Assembly: GCA_963772455.1 (NCBI GenBank)
Contig: CAVYXJ010000012.1
Span: forward strand, 96,001-160,000
Direction: 5' to 3'
DNA from: Candidatus Bathyarchaeota archaeon
GTDB taxonomy: Archaea > Thermoproteota > Bathyarchaeia > Bathyarchaeales > Bathycorpusculaceae
Length of the DNA stretch: 64,000 nt
Positions within the stretch are counted from its first letter, which is position 1. Every line of letters starts with the position of its first letter. The notes below the pieces were generated by a model that made no database searches, was not told the origin of the DNA, and saw only the letters and a list, made by a program, of their open reading frames with translations. The position numbers and the translations under genes are program-made. Shown in pieces: positions 51,977 through 61,726 of the stretch.

Positions 51977-52330
51977 TCATTGTTCCTGAAGTGGTTTTTT
52001 GTTCAATGTTTTTTGCATAGCCTCGGCAACGATGAATAAGCCAACTAGCACGATCACTGTTGGAATGAATGGCATTGCAAATCCAACTATTCCGGCACCG
52101 CTTAATGATAGGGCAAGTAGGCCTATGAAGAGACTGAATTTGCTTACGCTGATTCCTGTGGTCCATCTGGCAAAGTTTAGAACTATCAATATCAAGCCAG
52201 CTCCAAGTGCAATGTAAATTCCAGTGTCAATTTGGTAGTAAGTGGATGTTATCCATCCAGCGCCAAGTAGGACAATGAATACTCCCCATGCTATTGGATC
52301 AAAGATTTTGTTTTTTGCTGATTTTTCCAT
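51977..52330 (-). CDS. Four-TM membrane protein
   Basis: GAGGTGA SD; WG...L.G and G.GLILI.LN..R pattern. Confidence 0.75.
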   Translation of the reverse strand: MEKSAKNKIFDPIAWGVFIVLLGAGWITSTYYQIDTGIYIALGAGLILIVLNFARWTTGISVSKFSLFIGLLALSLSGAGIVGFAMPFIPTVIVLVGLFIVAEAMQKTLNKKPLQEQ

Positions 52331-52372
52331 TCTTTTTCACCTCCTCATCATTATATTTTTTTTTAATTTTTA

Positions 52373-52618
52373 TCAAGTGCATCCGCAGGAGTTCTTGGAT
52401 TCTCCGTCGGCGTCAATTTCTGCTATGCCTGAGGCAAATCTGTCTATTTGAGTTATGGCGTTTTTTCGAACGACTTTTGCAACTCCGATTGCTTCTGCGA
52501 TTTCTTTTTTGTCGGCTCCGCTGTCGAGGGCTTTTTTGATTATGGTTCTAAGGCATGGTTGGCAGTTTGCGACTACGGCTGCTCCGACTGCTATTAGCAA
52601 TTTTGTTTTGGTTTCCAT
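52373..52618 (-). CDS. Carboxymuconolactone decarboxylase/AhpD-like protein
   Basis: LIAVGAAV.ANC.PCL....KA...GA...EI.EAI. Confidence 0.88.
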   Translation of the reverse strand: METKTKLLIAVGAAVVANCQPCLRTIIKKALDSGADKKEIAEAIGVAKVVRKNAITQIDRFASGIAEIDADGESKNSCGCT

Positions 52619-52716
52619 CTTATTCCTCTGTTAGTTTTCTTCTACTTCCTTTTATGGTGGAGAAAACTATATAACAATTCTCTGACAACTCCTTACCAGA
52701 AGAGAGGAGAAAAACT

Positions 52717-53472
52717 ATGACTATCTCGAAAACCACTTCCAGAGACAGAATGATAGCGCAATTAAAGGAATTGGAACTTTCAACGTACGAAGCCACAGTT
52801 TACGCTGCATTAATCACTCACCCGTCAATGACTGCGAGCGCACTCTGCAAAGAAACAGGCATCCCAGACACAAAAATTTACTACGCGTTAGAGGGACTGA
52901 GCGAAAAAGGAATGCTTACAGTCCGAATAGGCAATCCAAAGATCTACCGTCCTGTACCTCCGAAAGAGGCAATTGCTAACCTTAAACAACGGTTAACAGA
53001 GAGGCTAAATGAGAAACTAAAAGAAGCAGATGTCCTAGTCGACATGATATCGCCCATATTTGAAAGCGCAGAAAAACCCGATGAGTTAGAAGTTGCATAC
53101 ATCATCCGGGGACAAAACAACCTCATAAACCGTATGAAAGCATTAATTGAAACAGCACATAGAGAAGTCACTTTGTTTGTTTCCTATCCAACCCTTTTCC
53201 AAGACCTTAAAATGTCACTTCAGCAAGCACAAGAAAAGCGCAGAATCAAACTTAACATAGCTATGACTGAAGAAATGTTAAAGACTGAAGACTTCAAGGG
53301 TTTAGGTGATGTGCGTCAGCTTTGCTGTCCTGTTACGCTTCTTATCTCAGATCTGAAGACTTTGATAACGGTCTCTGACTGGGTTGAGGAATCTGCTATG
53401 CTTTCGCAAGACCAGAACCTGATTCGAGTAGCAAGAGACTACTATGAAAATTCGATGTGCTATGCTCCTTAG
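52717..53472 (+). CDS. TrmB family transcription regulator
   Basis: LS.YEA.VY.AL, GIP..KIY..L..L..KG, P..Y.P..P. Confidence 0.9.
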   Translation: MTISKTTSRDRMIAQLKELELSTYEATVYAALITHPSMTASALCKETGIPDTKIYYALEGLSEKGMLTVRIGNPKIYRPVPPKEAIANLKQRLTERLNEKLKEADVLVDMISPIFESAEKPDELEVAYIIRGQNNLINRMKALIETAHREVTLFVSYPTLFQDLKMSLQQAQEKRRIKLNIAMTEEMLKTEDFKGLGDVRQLCCPVTLLISDLKTLITVSDWVEESAMLSQDQNLIRVARDYYENSMCYAP

Positions 53473-53564
53473 AAAACGATTGTGAAGCATGTTTCTTTTC
53501 AGTTGCTGTTAATGCTATATTGCATTAATTTTATATATGTAGAGTTACAAACTTAGCAAAACGT

Positions 53565-54020
53565 ATGTTGTCAAATAAAGAATTGGTTCAAAAAGCAGTC
53601 AATGACTTCCAAAGTGGATTCAATTGTACTCAAAGCATACTCCTAACGTTATATGGAAATATGCTGCCAGAGGGAAAAAGCGATCTGATTCCAAAAATAG
53701 CCAGTGGGTTTGGGGGCGGCATGGGACTCTGTGGATCGGTTTGCGGGTCGTTAACTGGAACTATTATGGCGATTGGAATCAAATATGGTTCTAACGAAAA
53801 AGGTGAGGAAAAAAACATGCCAGCTTATGCCAAGGCTAACGCGCTTTATCGGTTGTTTGAAAAGCAACATGGCACTGTTCTTTGTCGTGAGCTAATCAAA
53901 TATGACCTTACCAAGCCTGAAGAGTTGGAAAAGGCAAGACAAGAAGGCGTTTTTAATAGAGTATGCACAAATTTGGTCAGAACTGCTGTGGAAAATTATC
54001 TTGAATTGGAAAATAAATAG
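53565..54020 (+). CDS. C_GCAxxG_C_C family redox protein
   Basis: FNCTQS, GFGGG....SVCG.LTG, CREL and C-terminal Cys. Confidence 0.88.
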   Translation: MLSNKELVQKAVNDFQSGFNCTQSILLTLYGNMLPEGKSDLIPKIASGFGGGMGLCGSVCGSLTGTIMAIGIKYGSNEKGEEKNMPAYAKANALYRLFEKQHGTVLCRELIKYDLTKPEELEKARQEGVFNRVCTNLVRTAVENYLELENK

Positions 54021-54119
54021 CTTTGAGATTTGCATTATAATAGAGGGGCTGGGAGTTAATTTTTAATGTGCGCATATTATTAATATTGTAACAGCCTAAC
54101 CTTACTGGTGTGAGCACCT

Positions 54120-54449
54120 TTGCTCTTTGGACATAAAAACAGATTCCAAGTAGACTTTGGCGATTTACAAAACGAAAAAGAAGGCTTATCAAACTTTTTG
54201 CAATCAAACCTCAAAGTATCCGTTGCCTCAGATGAAAACAAATTGATTGTGAATTCAGAAAAGTTGTCTGTGCTGGAATTGCAGCAAGCAGTGGCAAAAT
54301 ATGTTTATCGCCATAACTTGAGCAGGACTCACTGGGTCTCTGTGCAAGATAAAACCGTTAAAATCAATAGGTTCAAAGGCGCTAAGAAAAAAGAAAAACC
54401 CAAGAAAAGCACACCTCATCAAAACGTTACACAAAGCTGGGGACTATAA
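54120..54449 (+). CDS. Hypothetical protein, possible ribosomal eL22-like fold
   Basis: F.VD, L.NFL, ..V.SE..S...L....KY.....L pattern; basic tail. Confidence 0.5.
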   Translation: MLFGHKNRFQVDFGDLQNEKEGLSNFLQSNLKVSVASDENKLIVNSEKLSVLELQQAVAKYVYRHNLSRTHWVSVQDKTVKINRFKGAKKKEKPKKSTPHQNVTQSWGL

Positions 54450-54473
54450 AATGCATCGTTAAGTAAGCAAAGA

Positions 54474-55025
54474 TTATTTGTGGTTTGTCGGTGGCTTTTC
54501 GCTTAATTCAAGGAACTTTTCCATTGAGTATTCTACGATTTCCCGAGCCACTTGAGCATCTTTCCATTCTCTAACCTTAACCCATTTATGGGGCTCAAGT
54601 CGTTTGTAAGTTTCAAAGAATTCTTGAATCTCTATTAATCGGTGTTTGTTGACATCGGTTATGTCATGGTAGCCTTCGAATCGAACATCGTTAACCAGTA
54701 CGGATAGAATTTTGGCGTCTAGCCCTTCTTCATCTTCGATTATTAGGGCACCTATAACTCGGACTTTAACAATGCAACCGACTGTAAGAGGTGCGTAGCT
54801 GAGTAGCATAATATCTAAGGGGTCCTCATCATCAGACCATGTCTGTGGAACAAACCCGTACTCAACTGGAAACACCACTGATGAAGGAATAATTCTATCC
54901 AGTATGAAGGCTTCCCATTTTATGCCGTATTCGTATTTATCTCGCGAGCCACTTGCAACTTCAATAACCATATTTAAAAGCCCAGGTGGATTATCTCCCG
55001 CTGGGATATCTCTCCAAAAATTCAT
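54474..55025 (-). CDS. ppa: Family I inorganic pyrophosphatase
   Basis: KYEY, LDR, YGFVPQT..DD.DPLD, D.KI, FFETYK.LE. Confidence 0.95.
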   Translation of the reverse strand: MNFWRDIPAGDNPPGLLNMVIEVASGSRDKYEYGIKWEAFILDRIIPSSVVFPVEYGFVPQTWSDDEDPLDIMLLSYAPLTVGCIVKVRVIGALIIEDEEGLDAKILSVLVNDVRFEGYHDITDVNKHRLIEIQEFFETYKRLEPHKWVKVREWKDAQVAREIVEYSMEKFLELSEKPPTNHK

Positions 55026-55296
55026 AACTTGTCAACCTTTTATTAGGCAACGCTGTCAACGATTTAAATTTTCGCCGATTTTCTTTAACTTTAATGGTGA
55101 TCTCAAAGAATAAAGGAAGTTAAGATTACTAAAAATATTTTTCAATTAGACAATGCCGTCAATTAATCGTGAGATAAGAGAACTCTTGAATAGAGGGTGA
55201 TGGGGATGTTGTTGGATTAACTGTTGGTTGGTTGGATTGAATTTTAATCCTTCACCTGTCCACCTTAATCTTATATGCTAAGCAGTCAATAATAAA

Positions 55297-55848
55297 TTGG
55301 CGACAAAATTGCTTAAATCAAAAGCAATAAGCAAGAAGCACATTATTGCCGTTATCTCAATTGCAATTGTTCTTGCAACAATCTTATCTGTTTTTGCAAT
55401 TGAACAACTTGCAAGCCAAGGTCAAGTTACAAATCAAAACAACATCTTACAACCAGATGCATTAAGTCCTTTAAATGAGACTCCTGCAGCTACCGAGGAA
55501 CCTACACCAACTCCGACACCCTCGGCTATTCCGACGCCAACGCCTATACCCATTCCAGTTGATTTCACAATTAACGATTCCTCTCACATACTCACTGTCA
55601 ATATTGACTTGAACGATGGAATGAATAGGGAAGAAGCTATAGTGGTAGCCCAGCAACTGTTTTCTTACGCACATTCACATTCTACTTATGAGCTTAAATC
55701 AGCAGAAGTTAATGAAGCAGGGGTTTGGAGTGTTAGTCTTCCATGGGGAATAGTTTGGGCTGATGGCACTCAAGAGAGCCACAGTCACTTCTTTATCGCC
55801 ACAATAGACCCAACGACTCTAACCGTCGAATACGCCACATGCGAATGA
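55297..55848 (+). CDS. Membrane-anchored protein with PT linker and PepSY-like domain
   Basis: TM helix, PT repeats, REEAI..A, W.V, IDP.T. Confidence 0.7.
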   Translation: MATKLLKSKAISKKHIIAVISIAIVLATILSVFAIEQLASQGQVTNQNNILQPDALSPLNETPAATEEPTPTPTPSAIPTPTPIPIPVDFTINDSSHILTVNIDLNDGMNREEAIVVAQQLFSYAHSHSTYELKSAEVNEAGVWSVSLPWGIVWADGTQESHSHFFIATIDPTTLTVEYATCE

Positions 55849-55916
55849 GATTAAACGTACCCTTCACCAAGTAAATTAGCCTTCACTTGTCCACTAAATT
55901 ATTTTTCACAAAAAAA

Positions 55917-56066
55917 TTATTCTGTTTTATTTTTAGATTCCAATTTATTATTCGAAGGTACTTTGTTTTCTGGTATTAGAGCATCTGGATTCTTAGCTTT
56001 TCTTTTCAAATAAGCCGCATACTGTTCAGGCGTAAAGTCTTTCCTAAACTCATGGTCTTTACCCAA
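55917..56066 (-). CDS. 49-aa hypothetical protein (not in the ORF track)
   Basis: AGGTGA SD, TTG start: MGKDHEFRKDFTPEQYAAYLKRKAKNPDALIPENK... Confidence 0.5.
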   Translation of the reverse strand: MGKDHEFRKDFTPEQYAAYLKRKAKNPDALIPENKVPSNNKLESKNKTE

Positions 56067-56256
56067 ATTTTTTCACCTATTTCTATTCGCTAATTTTTCA
56101 GGGAGATGATGGATTAAATTTTAATTTAGCCTGCGAAGTTACGGGTTTACGAAATTTCAGTTTAACCCTAACTAATTAAGAATAAGTTGTAAGAACATAA
56201 ATGACCTTCGGGATTCCAGCCCCATTTGTGAGATTCACCAAGGTAATGTTATTTGC

Positions 56257-59200
56257 CTAAGAAACGATTTGATAATTTTCTTTTCCATTCTTGTTAAGTT
56301 TAGGAATAGACATTACAAATTTTACTCCTTTGCCTGGTTCTCCCTCTTCAGTTATGTTCCAACCGTAGATATCTATCATTTTTTTGGTCAGGAATAATCC
56401 AAAGCCCGTGCTGCCACCAGTGCTAAATCCCTCAGAGAAAAGCTTCAACTTATTCTCCGCTGAGATGCCTACACCGTCATCTTCATAAGTCAACATCAAG
56501 TTGCCCTGGTCAGTTTTTTTGTAGTGTACTTTTATTGTGGTGGTTTTTTGTCCATATTTTCTTGTGTTATCAATAAAATTGTAGAACATTTGCCTCAGAA
56601 AAGAATCAGCCAACACTATTAATCCATGGCATTCATTTTTTATCTTTGGACATGAACCCGAGAAGAGCGTGGCTGCTTCGTTTAGCTTTGCCTCAACATT
56701 CATGTAGGATAATTCTTCTGCTCCTAGTTGTTCGTACATTTTTGCGAAATCAAAGATTCTAACAGTTTCCTTAACGGCTTGCTCCATCTTGTTAAGTCCC
56801 TCAACAACATCTGCTTGGTCGAGATGCTTTTTCTTTAGCATATAGGCATATCCTGTAATTGTTGAAAGTTTATTGCGAACATCATGTCTAGTTAAACTGC
56901 CAACGACGCTCAACTTTTCGTTAACCAAAACCAACTGATCCATTGTCTGGTCCAATTTTTCTTCAGCTTTTTTGCGGTCAGTGACATCTTGAATGGTTGT
57001 TCGCAGAAAACTCTTTGTCCCAATCTTAAATTTTGATACATTCAAAATAACGTCTACAACAATGTTGTTTTTGTCTTTAAAACGAGTAAAGAATTCAGAG
57101 ACAATACCGTCTCGTTTGAGGGCTTCAAGCAGCGTTTTTCTATCTTGAGGGTTTTCATATAGATTAACAGAAGAAGTCTTGTTCAACTCTTCAAAAGAGT
57201 AGCCAGTAAGGGTTTGCATAGCCCTGTTCGCATCAACTATGGATCCTTCTAAGGTTGTTATGGCAACAGGGAGGGGCGCTTGTTCAAAGAGCGATCGATA
57301 ACGCTCTTCACTCTCCTGCAATTCCAGTTTAGTTTTCTTCTGTTCAGTAATATCTGTATTGTAACCGCTCCAAAGAATGCTGCCGTCTTCTAATCTTTCT
57401 GGAGTAGACTGCCCCCACATCCAACGTATTTCTTGACCTGGAAGTTGTACACGATATTCACACCGCCAAACAGTCATGTTTGCTGCAGAATACTCAATGG
57501 AACGAACAACTAGGTCTAAATCTTCTGAGACTATTGCTTTGGCAATTGGGGAAAAATCGTTTTGAACATCTTGTGGAGAACAACCAAAAATGTGGTTTAT
57601 TCCATCAGATGTTAATGGAACACAGTATGTTCCGTTTGGTCGTTTCAAAAATTGAAAAAGCATTCCTGGAGTTTGAGAGGCAAGTTTTGTAAATCGAAAG
57701 TCTTTTTCTCGTAACGCATCTTCATTTTTCTTACGTTCTGAGACGTCTTGAACCATTGAAAGGACACCAATTACTGTGCCGTCTTCTTTTTTGAGTGGAG
57801 TGTTTGACCATTCGCATAAGATGGTCCGGCCGTTTTTAGTTAAATTTTCGTTAGCACTATTTGCAGTTACGTCCCCTTTGATTAATCTACTCCAAATCCC
57901 GTCAACTTGGGGTTGGGCTTGTTTTGGTACAATCAAGTCGTAGGGATGTTTTCCGACTGCTTCTTGTTGCGTGAAACCAAATATTCTCTCGGCTGAAGGA
58001 TTCCATGTTTTAACGCGAAACTCACTGTCCCAAACAATTAATCCAACAGGCATCCGATCAATTTGCAATTGGAGATATTCTTGGAGCTTGCTGACTTGGT
58101 CTTTATTTTGTCTGCAGGATTCTGTTGGTTTCTTTGTCTCTGTAATACTTCTTGAGATATGGGTTGCTTGAATTATTTTGCCTTCAACGTTTCTAATTGG
58201 GTACACCGAAACTTCAACTAATAATTCATTGTTATTTTTGTCAAAGTGTTTGTGTTCAACCTTGACTGGTTTACCGGTTTCTAGCATTTCATGAACAGGG
58301 CAAATATCATTCGGAGGTAGACAAGGAACGGATTTATGATGCGTCATTGCGTAGCATGTTTTCCCAGTCAATTCTACTTTACTAAAGCCTGTTTGTTTCA
58401 ATGCCGCAACATTGGCATCGACTATCCTGAAATCATTAACATCAATTACAAAAAGCACCTCACCTACCGAGTTAATTACGCTCTCACTAAACTCCTTCGA
58501 AAACTTCAAATCATCTTCGGCTTTTTTGCGTTCAGTTACATCTCTGACGAGAGCAATAACCAATTTTTCTTTATCAAAAGATATAGTGCTCAAAGTTACC
58601 TCTATTGGAAATCTGCTTTTGTCCTTACGTATTTGGGTACTCTGCAGATTGATAGTGTTCCCTGCAAGCACTTTAGACCATATGTCACCCACAAGTTTTT
58701 GATCTTCTGCCCTAACGGATATGTCTTTAATACTTCTTGCGAGCAGCTCTTCTCTTGTGTACTGTAAATTTTTGCATGCTTGCTGATTTACATCTAATAT
58801 TTTGCCTTTTTCATCGTGGATAAAAATTGCTTCGGCTGCCTGATTCATAAGCGTAAAATAACGTTTTTCACTCGCCTCTAAGGCTGATTTTGCTTTTGTT
58901 TTTTCTGTGATCAAGTTAATACCGTGTACGAGTTCTCCATAGACGGTTTCGGGTGAGCCTTGCTTGTGGAAGTAACCCTCTGCGCCCAGATTGAGCGCAG
59001 TTACAGCTACATCTTCTCTGCCTTTGCCAGTAAACAAAATAAATGGAACCATGTTTTTGCGTTTTCTAAGTTCCCGTAGAAAATCTAATCCGTTCTTCAT
59101 GGGCATATCATAATCAGAAACTACCAAATCATAGTGCCCATCTGCTAATTTGCCAAGACCCTCATCTACACAGCTAGCCTGATCGATCTCCAAGCTACCG

Positions 59201-59364
59201 TTCAAATCCAGAAGCATTAACTTTGTTATCTCTTGGATCGATGGGTCATCGTCAACATGTAATAATCTAATAATGCTTTTTTTGTTTGAAGCAGTTAACT
59301 CAGGTACTTCTACAACTATTTCATTCTGGGTGAGAGTTTGTATTAACAATGCCCCGCAACTCAA
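56257..59364 (-). CDS. REC plus five-PAS histidine kinase, paralog of 1124..2666
   Basis: LLHVDDD, SDYDMP, five PAS/PAC units, RHDVRN, EGFSTGGSTGFGL. Confidence 0.93.
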   Translation of the reverse strand: MSCGALLIQTLTQNEIVVEVPELTASNKKSIIRLLHVDDDPSIQEITKLMLLDLNGSLEIDQASCVDEGLGKLADGHYDLVVSDYDMPMKNGLDFLRELRKRKNMVPFILFTGKGREDVAVTALNLGAEGYFHKQGSPETVYGELVHGINLITEKTKAKSALEASEKRYFTLMNQAAEAIFIHDEKGKILDVNQQACKNLQYTREELLARSIKDISVRAEDQKLVGDIWSKVLAGNTINLQSTQIRKDKSRFPIEVTLSTISFDKEKLVIALVRDVTERKKAEDDLKFSKEFSESVINSVGEVLFVIDVNDFRIVDANVAALKQTGFSKVELTGKTCYAMTHHKSVPCLPPNDICPVHEMLETGKPVKVEHKHFDKNNNELLVEVSVYPIRNVEGKIIQATHISRSITETKKPTESCRQNKDQVSKLQEYLQLQIDRMPVGLIVWDSEFRVKTWNPSAERIFGFTQQEAVGKHPYDLIVPKQAQPQVDGIWSRLIKGDVTANSANENLTKNGRTILCEWSNTPLKKEDGTVIGVLSMVQDVSERKKNEDALREKDFRFTKLASQTPGMLFQFLKRPNGTYCVPLTSDGINHIFGCSPQDVQNDFSPIAKAIVSEDLDLVVRSIEYSAANMTVWRCEYRVQLPGQEIRWMWGQSTPERLEDGSILWSGYNTDITEQKKTKLELQESEERYRSLFEQAPLPVAITTLEGSIVDANRAMQTLTGYSFEELNKTSSVNLYENPQDRKTLLEALKRDGIVSEFFTRFKDKNNIVVDVILNVSKFKIGTKSFLRTTIQDVTDRKKAEEKLDQTMDQLVLVNEKLSVVGSLTRHDVRNKLSTITGYAYMLKKKHLDQADVVEGLNKMEQAVKETVRIFDFAKMYEQLGAEELSYMNVEAKLNEAATLFSGSCPKIKNECHGLIVLADSFLRQMFYNFIDNTRKYGQKTTTIKVHYKKTDQGNLMLTYEDDGVGISAENKLKLFSEGFSTGGSTGFGLFLTKKMIDIYGWNITEEGEPGKGVKFVMSIPKLNKNGKENYQIVS

Positions 59365-59817
59365 ACAAATGTTGTAATTAATAATAAATCAATTATGAAT
59401 CCAAAATACTGAGCATTATATGCTAAAAATATAATGATGTGAAAAGGGATAGTCTTGATGAATATCACTACCTCTGATGCATCACAACTATTGCAGTGTA
59501 CCTGTCCCTCGAGAGAGTCGGATAATTTACCTATTCCCCCAAGTGGGACTTTGGTTTTAATATATTTCTCCACGGAAGTAAGGTTTAATTTCATTTAGTT
59601 TACCGAAGAAGAATGGGCTTCGGTAGATTAACAATGACTTCAGAATCACTCTCTGCACCTTTTAGTTTTCTAAGAAAATAAACCCGTCTTTTTGCTGGTT
59701 GAATTTTAATCCACCACCACCACTTCAACGTGAGGTAGCAGTTAGAACAAAGGAGGTATAAGCGTTCATACCTACATTGTTTAGCCCCAAACACGACTTA
59801 GACAAAAGGCATAGAGG

Positions 59818-59873
59818 TTAGTCAAGAAACTTTGTCCAGCTTAGATGAGGAATATGTACAAGAAGCCTTTTAT
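59818..59873 (+). promoter_or_regulatory. Tandem 9-4-9 site plus BRE/TATA, copy 4 (more degenerate)
   Basis: TTAGTCAAG-aaac-TTTGTCCAG-c-TTAGATGAG-gaat-ATGTACAAG-AAGCCTTTTAT before the ATG at 59898. Confidence 0.65.
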
Positions 59874-59897
59874 TGAAACTCTTTCTAAGATTCACTT

Positions 59898-60758
59898 ATG
59901 GGTAGCTTAGGTAAAAATTACCCTTTAATGCTTGTCTTCTTATTCCTAATTAATTTGTTGCTGTTACCTTTTGTGGTTCCTAATGTGGAATGTCAAACTG
60001 ATTTTCCGATTGTTCAGACATCAGCCCATCTTATCGATTATAACCTAACTCTGCGTAATCCAAAACCCAATGCTACATTCACAAACGTTATACCATTAGA
60101 CTATAGCTTGAAAATCAACTCCAACGTTTCTCTCTTAGGGAATCCATTAGGTTTGTCAGTATCTTACAGAGTAGATAACAACTCAGAAATCATTCTAATT
60201 GGAGGAGACCAGTATATTTATGAATTCATTGATGTTACCTATCTAAAAAATGGCATACATCAACTAACACTTTTAGCTCAGTTTAATTATTTATACAATA
60301 ACACTATTTTCCACAATAAACAAGAACTAACAACTACCTATTTTTCAATCTTCAACAAACCAGCAACAATCCATATTCTAAGTCCTCAAAACAACATCTA
60401 TTTCACTAATAATATTCCCTTAACATTTGAGATCGGAAATCCCTCAAGCTATGGATATCAACATTATCCATTGTATAGGCAAGGCTACAGTTTAGATGGC
60501 GGAAATAATGAACCACAAAATGTAAACGATACTTTGACAGGATTAGCTGATGGTTTTCACACCATAACATTTTATGTTGAAATTGGAAACGCTACTCGCA
60601 GTTCTACTACAGTATCTTTTTTGGTAGGTGCCACTCCATTTAGTTTAATTCTAATAATTACAGCAATTGCATTAGTGGCATCTATAGTGCTTATTCCATT
60701 ACTGCTTTACAGAAGGCATCGAAAGCCCGCATCATTGAATAAAGTAGCCATAAACTAA
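59898..60758 (+). CDS. Surface protein with Ig-like domains and C-terminal TM anchor
   Basis: Signal peptide, ILSPQN..Y....IPL.F, YSLDG, TL.GL.DG.H, TM helix then RRHRK. Confidence 0.85.
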   Translation: MGSLGKNYPLMLVFLFLINLLLLPFVVPNVECQTDFPIVQTSAHLIDYNLTLRNPKPNATFTNVIPLDYSLKINSNVSLLGNPLGLSVSYRVDNNSEIILIGGDQYIYEFIDVTYLKNGIHQLTLLAQFNYLYNNTIFHNKQELTTTYFSIFNKPATIHILSPQNNIYFTNNIPLTFEIGNPSSYGYQHYPLYRQGYSLDGGNNEPQNVNDTLTGLADGFHTITFYVEIGNATRSSTTVSFLVGATPFSLILIITAIALVASIVLIPLLLYRRHRKPASLNKVAIN

Positions 60759-60808
60759 AATCTAAATGAAAAGCTTGATAAACTTAACTTTATGCGTTTT
60801 TTACGAAT

Positions 60809-61192
60809 AGGCTATTGAATTGACTTTTTGTTTTTAAGAAACCTCTTAGCGTAATAGTTAGCCTCTTTTTCTTCTGTACTCAGAGGCATCTCTGAGCTCT
60901 TAATTCAACAAGGTGAGGGTACAGTTCATGCAAAACTATCTGCTTTCTTAACGTTCTTTTTGAAGCATGCGGTATTTCTTAGGTAGGAACCCCCAAGGAA
61001 TTTTGCCTACTTTTTTGCCATTCAAAACTATCTTCATTTTCCTAACTTCATAATGATCCGTCAGAAAATTAACGGCTTTTTGACACCCTTCAAGTTCGTA
61101 TATAATTAGAAATCTTTCTCGCACTTTCAGTGAGGGAAGCTTCAGGCTTAGCGGAATCGAAGAATACTTTTGAGCCTTTTTTATGTTTTCAT
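60809..61192 (-). pseudogene. Multiply frameshifted gene with HELY-type metalloprotease-like motif (bounds approximate)
   Basis: Fragments PSLKVRERFLIIYELEGCQKAVNFLTDHY, IVLHELYPHL, EEKEANYYAKRF. Confidence 0.45.
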
Positions 61193-61413
61193 TTATCCAC
61201 TCTTATTGTTCCCTGTGGCTTTCCTGATTTGTATGAATACCATCCATATACGAATAAGAAAAGTGCTACAATCAAAATTCCTATTCCCAATGGAACATTA
61301 TAGCTTGTTGAAACAAAATTTAAGAATCCTAAAAGGATTACAATTCCAAAAATAGCTAAAAGAACTGCTAAAATTTCAAGCAATGCGCCGCCAATGAATC
61401 TTCCAAAACCCAA
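61189..61413 (-). CDS. Small two-TM membrane protein
   Basis: GGTGA SD, TTG start, two hydrophobic helices. Confidence 0.7.
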   Translation of the reverse strand: MGFGRFIGGALLEILAVLLAIFGIVILLGFLNFVSTSYNVPLGIGILIVALFLFVYGWYSYKSGKPQGTIRVDK

Positions 61414-61726
61414 ACCTTTTCACCGATAACTCTAGCTATTTATCTCTTTAAATTGTTTGCTGTTTTGTCACAATATAATCTTTTCAAAATTGACGAGTCT
61501 AACGGAAATCGATATTTGAATATGTTAACCACCTAAAACTCTTCTAAAATAGATAAAAAAGAAGATACTCGAGATACATAGCCAAACTACAAAAGTTATA
61601 TTAAACACAATGCACCTAAATTCTGAATTAGTAACAAATTAAAATCTCATAATTTGCGAAAGAACTCGCAAAATGCGATTAACATAATCAATTAAATTTA
61701 AACTTACAAATAGGAAGTGCATATTT

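Noticed and set aside
60769-60782. AAAAGCTTGATAAA after the 59898 gene as a downstream copy of the palindrome
   Set aside because: Only one half-site resembles the consensus
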